From positions 183,874-240,696 of the IMG/VR virus record IMGVR_UViG_3300029615_000411: a DNA stretch of 56,823 nucleotides; one strand, 5' to 3'. Every line of letters begins with the position of its first letter. Position 1 is the first letter of the stretch. The notes under the pieces were generated by a model. That model was not told where the DNA came from, made no database searches, and worked only from the letters and a program-made list of their open reading frames with translations. The position numbers and the translations under genes were made by a program. This stretch comes from a virus (Duplodnaviria; Heunggongvirae; Uroviricota; Caudoviricetes). This document shows, piece after piece, positions 1-8,575 of this stretch.

Positions 1-2337
1 TGTCTTTAAGAACGGCCCATGCGAACCACCAGAAGACATAATAGCGGAAGGTACAGTCAGCGGGTCAACAATCCAGCCGAAATACGCTTCATCGCTTGCG
101 GAGTAGTAGCCGGAACCAACGAGTGTGTTGGAATTGTTTTCGCCCATCAGGGCGTTCATATTCCAGTGACCACCGCTGACTTCCCAACTATTCACTTGAT
201 AGTAGCGAGTAGCGGTATCGTTCTGGTCAATCTTTCTTTCGTCATAAATGTTATTGGGGTAGCCACGGCCGCCGCCATGTGCATCGAACCAAGCACCGGC
301 ATAGGCGTACATGGTATCGTGACCGATACCAAAGCCGTAGCCATTGCCAATATAGTTCTTCAAGGCATAATAGGCTTTGCCGGACAAATCAGGCTCCGAA
401 AAATAGCATGTTCCCCAGTATACAGAATCGACTCGATAGTTTCCTTCTGCATCCTTTAAATATCTGTCAGGGTCGATATTGAAATCGTTACACGAAATCG
501 TATTCAAAGTGATGTGAGCCATACCATTCTGAGAATAACCATTTGTCGTTGCTTGATTTACATATTCTTTAATGGTAAGGGGGAATGTTGTTCCGTCTTC
601 CTCCTTGGTATAGCAGAACAGAACCTGAACAGCATCCTTGTAGGAAGTGCCGCGTCCAGATGCAGGGATAGAAACCGCTGCACCAGTAGCAGTGTTACCT
701 ACGATATTGCTGTTGTGATAACGGAAATATACAGTTTTGCCATACCATTCCGAGTTGATTTCGAGTTTTCCGTCAGTAAGAGCGAACGATTTATATGTTC
801 TAGTTGCACCAGTCGGGAAACCATCGCTATCAACGACATTAGCGGTATAAGTATCCGCAAATCCACGGCCACTAATATACGACCAGTACATATCAGCTTG
901 TTGAGGAGTAACTTTCCCTTCTGCAAGCCAGCCGCCTTTACCGTCTTGACCATAGAGTTTTGCGTACATATCGGCTGTCAGGTATTCCATACCAGAAGAC
1001 AAACCTGTCACCCACTGAGGATTGGTCTGACTATCAAGTTGAACACCCGCCGCATAGGTAGCAATACCGGAGAGAGCAAGACGCTGCTTTAACTTGTCTT
1101 CTACAGACAAATCATTATAAAGATTCTCACTGTTTTCTTCCATGGAAGGAATAGAAACAGTGATTTCTGTCGTGATGGTATTATCAAGTGTGTTATCAGT
1201 GAGTTTGCTTTCATCTGCACCATTTGCAATCAGTTCTTCTTTGGCGGCAGCAATATAGTTGTCGTCATCAATAGTGATTACACAGCGGTAAGTAGTGTAA
1301 GCGTCATACTCATCGACAGTATGAGTGTAGGTATCAGAAGTTGCTCCCTCAATAGCTTCCCAGCCATTGGCCGTAAGAGTATCCTGACTCTCCTCGCTTT
1401 GTTCGGTTTCTGCCGACTGTACGGCGACATTGTTTGTCGTGCTTTCGGTAAAAACAAATTCATTGTTTTCATTCAGCGTTGCAGAAGCATGTTCGTTACC
1501 CTTGTCAGCAGAAATAACGATATTGCCGTCCACGTTTGCTGCGGTGATTTCGAATCCTTCCAGCGCATAGTTGCGAGTATTGAATTCGATGTTGATGTTG
1601 CTGGCGTCTGCTCCGATTGCAGCCATTGCATCGGCAACTGCACGATATAACTCGATACCGGACCAAGTAGCATCCGGATTGTCTGCCAATGTTTCGGCAG
1701 GAGTTTTGTCCTCGTTCAGGTAACCGTATGTGGTAGGCTCTGCATCGTTGTAATCGTATTCCATCACATCCATATCGTAATCGGTATCCTGAGGTTCAAT
1801 GAACCTCTTGTACCACTGATAATGGAGATTGACATCATTACGATTTACGTGAGCATTGAAAGTGACCTCATCGCCAATCTCAGCATCGACTTGACCTTCG
1901 GTCGCATCGTCAGCCAAACTGACAGCCACGAAATCACTTTCATCAACGTCAGGAGTTTCCGTTGCTTCCGGAACTTCTGTAGGCTCAGGCGTAGCCGTAG
2001 CATCAGGAGTTTCGGTGGGTTCCGGAGTGGATGTTGGAACCTCGGTGGGCTCCGGAGTCGCCTCCGGTTCTGAGGAATCCGTTTCATCAGGCATTTCTGT
2101 GGGGACGGGTGTCCCTACAGGTTCGGTAATCTCTTCTTCAGACGAAGAAGAGCTGGCAGAGTCTAACGCTTCAACAGCCTCAGTAGAAGTGCTTTCGGAT
2201 ACGGCATCCGTAACAAGACTACTGTCAGCCGTGATGGGTTCTGCTGCATAAGCGATTGTGGAGCTAAATGTAGACATTGTCATCATGACTGCCAAAACTG
2301 CTGAAGCGACACGCTGCCATGTTTTGCCTTTTTGCAT
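1..2337 (-). CDS. Large secreted/cell-surface protein, partial (runs off the window)
   Basis: Open frame from ATG 2337 (RBS AAAGGAG) to the window edge, missing from the ORF track. Signal peptide MQKGKTWQRVASAVLAVMMTMSTFSSTIAYA, acidic P/T/E repeats (EATPEPTEVP), Ig-like YQWY...YRCVIT segment. Confidence 0.85.
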   Translation of the reverse strand, partial: MQKGKTWQRVASAVLAVMMTMSTFSSTIAYAAEPITADSSLVTDAVSESTSTEAVEALDSASSSSSEEEITEPVGTPVPTEMPDETDSSEPEATPEPTEVPTSTPEPTETPDATATPEPTEVPEATETPDVDESDFVAVSLADDATEGQVDAEIGDEVTFNAHVNRNDVNLHYQWYKRFIEPQDTDYDMDVMEYDYNDAEPTTYGYLNEDKTPAETLADNPDATWSGIELYRAVADAMAAIGADASNINIEFNTRNYALEGFEITAANVDGNIVISADKGNEHASATLNENNEFVFTESTTNNVAVQSAETEQSEESQDTLTANGWEAIEGATSDTYTHTVDEYDAYTTYRCVITIDDDNYIAAAKEELIANGADESKLTDNTLDNTITTEITVSIPSMEENSENLYNDLSVEDKLKQRLALSGIATYAAGVQLDSQTNPQWVTGLSSGMEYLTADMYAKLYGQDGKGGWLAEGKVTPQQADMYWSYISGRGFADTYTANVVDSDGFPTGATRTYKSFALTDGKLEINSEWYGKTVYFRYHNSNIVGNTATGAAVSIPASGRGTSYKDAVQVLFCYTKEEDGTTFPLTIKEYVNQATTNGYSQNGMAHITLNTISCNDFNIDPDRYLKDAEGNYRVDSVYWGTCYFSEPDLSGKAYYALKNYIGNGYGFGIGHDTMYAYAGAWFDAHGGGRGYPNNIYDERKIDQNDTATRYYQVNSWEVSGGHWNMNALMGENNSNTLVGSGYYSASDEAYFGWIVDPLTVPSAIMSSGGSHGPFLKT

Positions 2338-2443
2338 AGCGTTCTCCTTTCAAAATATTGCCAAGTTATACTTTTACGCAATCTTGTTCACATATCTGCA
2401 CATACATTTGCAAAATCGCATAATCAGCACACTTGGCGGTATC

Positions 2444-2475
2444 TATATTATGCCACAAATAGACGCATTAGTCAA
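2444..2475 (-). promoter_or_regulatory. SigA-type promoter (class 1: TTGACT-N17-extended -10)
   Basis: TTGACT...TGTGGCATAAT upstream of the surface protein gene. The same class recurs near 4875, 4979, 21667, 27187, 29379, 30910, 39638, 48737 and 51301 (minus strand) and at 8521 and 51352 (plus strand). Confidence 0.7.
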
Positions 2476-2495
2476 TCACAAAGAACAAAAAAAGC

Positions 2496-2525
2496 ACAAA
2501 AAATCCCGCCATAATAATGGCGGGT
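2496..2525 (-). terminator. Intrinsic terminator
   Basis: CCCGCCAT-TATT-ATGGCGGG followed by ATTTTTTG on the minus strand. Confidence 0.75.
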
Positions 2526-2557
2526 GAGAAATCAAAAACATTACTTGTTGACAAAAT

Positions 2558-2618
2558 GCCAGTTTTAGCCATAGAGTTACCACTCCACACCACGAGGAGG
2601 TACTGGCTTTGGTGGAGC
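2558..2618 (-). ncRNA. HDV-like (minimal/theta-type) self-cleaving ribozyme
   Basis: P1 GCUCCAC/GUGGAGU with G1-U wobble, P2 GCCAGU/ACUGGC, P3 ACC/GGU, L3 UCCUCGU, P1.1 CC/GG, J4/2 GGCUAAA with the catalytic C; P4 minimal. Confidence 0.8.
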
Positions 2619-2659
2619 GACCCCGTTAAAACGAGGCCGACTAATTGCATTAAAAACAA

Positions 2660-4770
2660 TTAGTCAAAAATATCTGTTCCAATCCCGTCGTCCTTGCTGC
2701 CGTTGGAATTGTATAGTGATAGGTAACAATTCTACGAATAACGCACGATGTATCGATATCCGATATTTTATCGTTGACTGTTTTCACATAATCATGTAAA
2801 ATATAAATATCGTCTAACATCTCTCTGTGCCAGATGTTATTCGTACCGCATGGTCATTGTCGGCTATGCGGTTTTCTTTGTTTTCCCCCACTCCGCACCG
2901 TGCATGCGACTTTCATCGCACACGGCGCTCCCTCGGTGACTTATCACCGACTTGAGGCCATTGCTCCGACACTCATTACAAGTGCCATCATAACTTCGAC
3001 CTCTACTTTTCTGCACCGATTCAACTGCTTATTGTTCTTCGTCAGTTTACATCTATTGATGCTCGATACATTTCCCCGTTCCAACAATCCTATCCGTCAC
3101 ATATACCTTTAGGTGCCTGCTATGGGACCGATGACCTTTTTGGCAGCCTTTCGTACGCAAGTCCTTACTTGGCTGCATCATCGACATGCATCGCTGCATG
3201 GACTGTATCCCTTTATTTCGCAGGTTCGTCAGACCGAAACGGTCATACTCACCATGGGCATTTTATGGACCACCGGCATATCAGTTGGCTTCATGAGTCA
3301 ACCTTCTGCCGACTTTACCGAGCTTCATACGATTTAACTTTCGTCATATATCGCATGTCGGAGTTTATGGTAGATATCCCTATCTATCGGATTGTCAGTT
3401 CTCCCGCAATTTCTTGCGGTGCGTAATCTTTTCAATTACGAACGAGTCGCACCCTGCGTCCAGTCAATACCGGAACCCTGTGTTCCGTTCGGGTCGTGAG
3501 GAATCTCACCGTAACTTCCGACTCCCATTCCCCCACCGGAGCTACCACCACTCGGCTGAGAAGGTTCAGCAGGAGCAGGTGCGGGGTCGGGAGCGGGAGC
3601 CGGTGCCGGTGCAGGCTCAGGCACATAAGTGGGCGTGGACGCGGAAGGAGTAGACGGTGCAGTGTAACTCGGCGTGGTTGCTGCACCTGCGGAACTGGTA
3701 GTTCCTCTATAGTTGGTTGCAGGCTTAGCTGCAGCCTTATTTACCGTGAGCGCATAATCGGCACTCACATCCCCATCAGACTCGCTGGTTGCCTTGATTG
3801 TGGCATTCCCAGCAGCCACTGCAGTTACCTTCCCATTGCTGTCTACCGTGGCAACCTTTTCGTCACTGGATGTCCAGTTGACGGTAGCGTTGGTTGCGTT
3901 GTCGGGAGTAACAGTAGCGGTAATGGTAACGCTGTTGCCAACGGTCAGGACACCTTCGGTCTTGCTCAAAGCAATCTGCTCGACCTTAGTAGTAACAGTG
4001 ACCTTGGTCTCAGCACTCAGGCCATCAGGCACAACACCGAACGAAGAATCGGTAGTGTCTTTCGGCTCAGAGGCAGCTGCGTCGTCAGGGGCTTCGGAAT
4101 CTGCTGCGGAATCAGCAACCTCTGCTTCGGAGGAAGCGACTTCATCCACAACAGGCTTTGCTTCTGCATTCTCTGCAGTAGCGGGGACATCAGCAGTCAC
4201 ATAGGTGGTGATGATGCACTCGCCATCTGCGACTGCGGTTACGACGCCGTTTTCATCGACGGTTGCAACGTTCTCATCGCTGGACTCGTATGCCAGCTTG
4301 ACTTCGGTTGCATCCTCGGGCGTCATTTTGGCTCCAAGGGCCTTGCTGTTCTCGCCGTTCGTGACGAGTTCAATGGAATCGGGAGCCTCGACTCCGGTAG
4401 GAGTGATTACGACCTTTACGTGGGTCGTGGAAGAAATATTGGCATCTGCAACGGATACCGTGACATCAGCCTCACCGGCACCGACTGCGGTTACCAGACC
4501 GGTCTCATCGACGGTTGCAACCGTTTCGTCGGAGGAAGTCCAAGTGAGATTCAGTTTGGATGCTGCCTCGGCAATCTTTTCCTGCTCGGCCTTGTCGTCG
4601 GTGCCGTACTCAATATTCAGCTGCTGGGTTTCACCCTTTTCCAGCACAATGTCGGTGGGCAGCCCCACTGAGGTGATATCTACGCCGCAGCCAACCAGAC
4701 TGACGGCCATCGCGACTGCCATAATCAGGCACGCGATACGGGTGAATACCTTAACGGACATAGTCTTCAT
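2660..4770 (-). CDS. Ig-like (Big_2) domain lipoprotein split by a group II intron (exons 4770-3453 and 2712-2660)
   Basis: ATG 4770 with RBS AAAGGAG; lipobox LVGC; three WTSSD/YESSD-xxVATVD-xxG Big_2 repeats; Pro/Ala linker. Splicing restores ...GIDWTQ-DNSNGSKDDGIGTDIFD-stop. Confidence 0.85.
2713..3452 (-). mobile_element. ORF-less group II intron (class B-like), 740 nt
   Basis: 5' end GUGCGACUCGUU; DV GCGCCGUGUGCGAUGAAAGUCGCAUGCACGGUGCG (~2894-2928); 3' end UUACCUAUCACUAU. EBS1 CUUGCGU (3155-3161) pairs with exon ACGCAGG and EBS2 CAGUC (3201-3205) pairs with exon GACUG. DIV is reduced to a small hairpin. Confidence 0.9.
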
Positions 4771-4813
4771 AAAGTTTCTCCTTTTTATATAAATTATATT
4801 TTTGGTTTCGAAC

Positions 4814-5021
4814 ACTTTTTGCCATGCGCGAACCTCCTTTATGTTTATAGAGGGCCTATCTCTTACCCTCTGTCTATATTATACCACATTTATACGAGAT
4901 AGTCAACACATATACAAACTTTTTGCCATGCGCGAACCTCCTTTATGTTTATAGAGGGCCTATCTCTTACCCTCTGTCTATATTATACCACATTTATACG
5001 AGATAGTCAACACATATACAA
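4814..5021. repeat. Exact 104-bp tandem duplication containing promoter, hairpin, RBS and ATG
   Basis: 4814-4917 equals 4918-5021. Each copy carries TTGACT-N17-TATAAT, AGGAGG and ATGGCAAAAAGT on the minus strand. Confidence 0.95.
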
Positions 5022-5256
5022 TATGCCGGATGTGGTATACCCTTATTATACATTTTTAATTTTTATATGTCTATTGCTTATGTTTACAATACTTCTACAA
5101 AATGCTTTTTTTGAATGGTGCGATTGTATCCGGAAAAAGACTGACACATGATATCGTACATTATGATTGATATTTTCAATAAACTCAGATATAATAATAC
5201 AAGAAAGCGTTAGAATAAGCTTGCTGCAAATCATATGCTACTGAGGAGGTGCTGGT

Positions 5257-5421
5257 ATGGCGACCACATCTATTACAAAAGAGTTTTTTATAAAAGACCA
5301 AAAGGCATTTGAACACATGAAGCGAGATTTGGATAAGGAAGTACCCGTTCACAAAATGGTTGCTGAATCTGCCTCTCTGAAAAAGAGCAAAGAAAAATTA
5401 GCTACCTTTGTATTTCACTAA
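5257..5421 (+). CDS. 54-aa small protein (MATTSITKEFFIKD...), possible antitoxin-like
   Basis: Strong RBS GAGGAGG, ATG 5257 to TAA 5421; below the ORF-track cutoff. Confidence 0.6.
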   Translation: MATTSITKEFFIKDQKAFEHMKRDLDKEVPVHKMVAESASLKKSKEKLATFVFH

Positions 5422-5587
5422 GAGCACCCCTTGCGAGGACATCTGAACATGGTCAGGTAGACCGGTTGAGATGTCCTCGCTTCTTTTTGGTGAGATAAAT
5501 GAGGATACTGAAGCATTCTCGCATTGTTCTACAATTTTCTTTCCTTCCAAATGGTATGATTATGCTCAGAAAAGGGGTTGATGATAT

Positions 5588-5815
5588 ATGCCGCGAGGAA
5601 AACGCGCTATTGTATCCGTGGAAGACCGTATCCAGTCCACCTGTGCTGAGATTGAATCTTTACAGGAGAGAATCCGCAGCAAGAAGGAAGAACTCAGAAA
5701 TCTAAAGGCCGAAAAAGAAAAATCAGATGCCGCCCGCATTATTGCAGCGGTTCAGGAAAGCGGGAAGAGTGTAGACGAGGTTCTGACACTTCTCTCCCCC
5801 ACCGAAACGTCCTGA
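5588..5815 (+). CDS. Small coiled-coil protein
   Basis: RBS AAAGGGG; heptad-rich 75 aa; followed by a terminator hairpin at 5821-5857. Confidence 0.75.
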   Translation: MPRGKRAIVSVEDRIQSTCAEIESLQERIRSKKEELRNLKAEKEKSDAARIIAAVQESGKSVDEVLTLLSPTETS

Positions 5816-5870
5816 AAAACAAAAGCCTCCTCATACAAAGAGGAGGCAATTTTTTTGTTGGCTTTAAAGA

Positions 5871-5899
5871 TTGACTGAAACGAATAAAGCTGATATAAT
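5871..5899 (+). promoter_or_regulatory. SigA promoter for the long rep leader
   Basis: TTGACT-N17-TATAAT with TG extension. Confidence 0.75.
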
Positions 5900-5971
5900 A
5901 TAAGAAATTCGTATTTGCCTGATGAAAGCATCATTCGAGAGCTGATGCCTTTATCAATTTCATTTCTTGGC

Positions 5972-6124
5972 AAAAGAAATGACCACCAAGCGCGGTAACA
6001 CTTGATGGTCGATGATTTTGAGAGATTTGAGATAAAGCAAATATGAAGACACCCATTCGCTTAACAAGGCTCTCAATGACACAAGAGGCATCTCAAATAC
6101 ATGAGGCATCTTGCTTCAACTACT
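5972..6124 (-). ncRNA. Putative antisense (copy-control) RNA of about 150 nt
   Basis: Consensus TTGACA (6159-6154)-N17-TATAAT (6136-6131) on the minus strand, terminator-like hairpin at 5981-6010 followed by ATTTCTTTT, no convincing ORF, antisense to the rep leader. Confidence 0.55.
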
Positions 6125-6227
6125 ATTATTATTATACCAAAACATTATCATTATGTCAACATTTTGGCATCAAAAATGATTGATTATTTTCAAATAATGT
6201 GGTATAGCGATAATAGTATAGGAAGTC

Positions 6228-6279
6228 AAAGAGCCTTGTATTGCCCACCATAGGGCAAAATAAGGCTCTTTTGTTTTTT
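6228..6279 (+). terminator. Terminator/attenuator immediately upstream of rep
   Basis: AAAGAGCCTT..TTGCCC/GGGCAA..AAGGCTCTTT followed by a T-run ending 16 nt before the ATG. Confidence 0.75.
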
Positions 6280-6295
6280 ATTACGAGGTTTTTCC

Positions 6296-7978
6296 ATGAC
6301 AAAAACAATTACCCAAACACCGCAAGGCAAAACTCCTGCGGCACCTCAGAAGCGTAGAAAAAAGAAATTCTATCGCATGAAGTTTATTGATTCTTCGGAT
6401 GTCATTTGCATCGCGAACAACTTTTACTCCTGCAATGAACTTTCCGCGCACTCGAATCGTGACCGTTCTGCCTTTATTCAGATTTGGATGATGGAGTCTG
6501 GTCGTAAACCGCATCTAGTCTGGACAGGATATCCGCGTGACCTTGAGACGTTTATGAAAACGAAGTTCAAGGCTGTCCTGAAATACAACTACTACATCAC
6601 CAAGAATACTTTCTGCCGTCCTGCTCGTACGGAAGGCAATATCTTTACCTACAACAACATCGTTATTGATATTGATGACCACGAGTCCAGCAGCGGAATG
6701 GTTGCTTGGGAGAAGGATGTTTTGAAAACCGAACTGCTTTATGCTGCAGACGGAGAACTTCTTGATGTGGAAATCCCTCCCATCTCCGCTATCGTGGATA
6801 CGGGTCGTGGTTTGCAGGTATGGTATTCCTTTGACGGCATTGCTGCCAAGAACAAGAAAGCGTATCGTCTGGTGACGGAAGCCATCATCGATAAAGTCCA
6901 GCAAGTCTGTGAGAAAATTCATGATGAGCACCCTGAATTTGTGATGAAGGTGGATGTTGCTGCCAGCAAGAATGCAGCAGGTCTTGTTCGTCTGCCGGGG
7001 ACAACTAATGCGAAGACCAAGAATGTCTCTGAGATTGTCTATTTCAATGAGGAGATGAAAACCCGTAAGTTCTTTGGTCAGGATGGCTTGTCTTCTGTGC
7101 TTTCCTTCTCCGCATTGTCTGCACCTGACTCCACCATCAAAGTGGGCAAGAAGAAAAAGAATAAAGTACCCGTGACGAAGGACGGTAAGCCTGTGCCTAC
7201 CTGTGTCGTGGCAGATGCTCTGGAACGGTTGTTTGAACTGCGCAACTATAGCAAGGTCCCTGCAACCGGGATTCGCGACCTGCTCCTGTACATCTACTTC
7301 AATACGATTTTCCAGCATCGTGGTCCTGCGATTGCGATGAAGAAAACCATCTGGCTGAATTCCAAGTTTGCAAATCCCCTGTCGGAAACAGAACTGGACA
7401 ATGCTGTTGGACATATCTCATCCAAGCTGAGCGAAGTCGTTTGCACGGATGGCACAACCTCGTATGTGCCGGGTTACATTCTCCCTTACAGCTACATCAT
7501 CGAGACCCTACAGATTACCGCTGCGGAGCTCAAACAAATCAAGCTGACCGTCCCCAAAGCAATCGCCAAGAATACCACCAAGAAAAAGAACGCCCGCGCA
7601 GTGAAGGAAAAGAATCTTCTTGAAGAGCGCAACGCTGTTCGTATCATGCACATCAACAATCCGGAACTCTCTATCACTGAGTTGGCAGCACGCTTCCATC
7701 GTACCAGAAAATGGGCTTCCAATTGCGTAAACTCCGCGTTCGAAGGAGTCATGGCTGGCGCTGTGTATGTACGCGGCCGCATCAGTAAGATGTCTTCGAT
7801 TCCTGAACTTGCTCAGAAAGCTGTCACGACTGTCAAAGAGAGTGTTGAGAAAGTGAAGGAGGCGATAGCACCGCGTTCACTGGATTCACCGGATGTGACG
7901 ATACACTATGTAAGACTTCCAATCCCGATTCCACCCATCTGGTTTGATGACCACAATGTGCAGGTCTGCGTTCTCTGA
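6296..7978 (+). CDS. Replication initiator, primase-polymerase (AEP-like)/plasmid Rep type with C-terminal HTH
   Basis: Motifs IVIDIDDH, IVDTGRGLQVWY and RLPGT; PriCT-like RDLLLY...NSKFANPLSETEL; HTH-like LSITELAARFHRTRKW. Confidence 0.7.
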   Translation: MTKTITQTPQGKTPAAPQKRRKKKFYRMKFIDSSDVICIANNFYSCNELSAHSNRDRSAFIQIWMMESGRKPHLVWTGYPRDLETFMKTKFKAVLKYNYYITKNTFCRPARTEGNIFTYNNIVIDIDDHESSSGMVAWEKDVLKTELLYAADGELLDVEIPPISAIVDTGRGLQVWYSFDGIAAKNKKAYRLVTEAIIDKVQQVCEKIHDEHPEFVMKVDVAASKNAAGLVRLPGTTNAKTKNVSEIVYFNEEMKTRKFFGQDGLSSVLSFSALSAPDSTIKVGKKKKNKVPVTKDGKPVPTCVVADALERLFELRNYSKVPATGIRDLLLYIYFNTIFQHRGPAIAMKKTIWLNSKFANPLSETELDNAVGHISSKLSEVVCTDGTTSYVPGYILPYSYIIETLQITAAELKQIKLTVPKAIAKNTTKKKNARAVKEKNLLEERNAVRIMHINNPELSITELAARFHRTRKWASNCVNSAFEGVMAGAVYVRGRISKMSSIPELAQKAVTTVKESVEKVKEAIAPRSLDSPDVTIHYVRLPIPIPPIWFDDHNVQVCVL

Positions 7979-8575
7979 GTCTTTGGATTGAGTGTTTTAT
8001 CGTTCGAAATCCTTCTACACTTTTTAGTTCTTGACTAAATGTGAATATTGTGCTTGAGTGTAACCGCACGAAGCCTATTATATGTTTTTTAGGTGCGCAG
8101 CAGCGCGGCGTTTATGCCCGCGCGTTCCTGTGCCCGCGTCGCTGCCCCAATTCAGCGCAACAAGCAGCAGCCTAATCTCACGAACGAGGCGGCATGCGTC
8201 GCTTTTAAGAAACGGATTTCTTAAGAGTATTCCTCCTTAACAGCAGTAGTTGCATATAAGAAACAGCTCCCCAGCTTAAGGAAACTCAACTCTTTTAGGG
8301 AAGCAGTATACTTCAGAATGCACAAACTTTCAGTGTAGAAGCAATTCTTCAGAGCAGCTCAAGCGTAAAAGCACAACAGCATTGCAACAGTTTCAGAATG
8401 CATCGCAATGTGCAAGGGACGTTCTTCTTCGGCCAAAGCTCTTCATGGCAGCCACTTCTGCATGGGTTACGAGAAGCTGTCCGATAGCAGTGCTCAGAAA
8501 AGCCATACCCAGACGAGCGATTGACCAACAGAGCAAAATGTGGTATAATATAAATAACAGTGAAAGGAGCGTTCT

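Noticed and set aside
2619..2660. tRNA upstream of the ribozyme (theta-ribozyme arrangement)
   Set aside because: Only about 41 nt with one hairpin; no cloverleaf or T-loop motif, and no tRNA or rRNA genes were recognised in the window.
3436..4815. ORF-track boundaries for the Ig-domain protein
   Set aside because: The RBS and lipoprotein signal indicate a start at 4770, and the stop at 3436 lies inside the intron.
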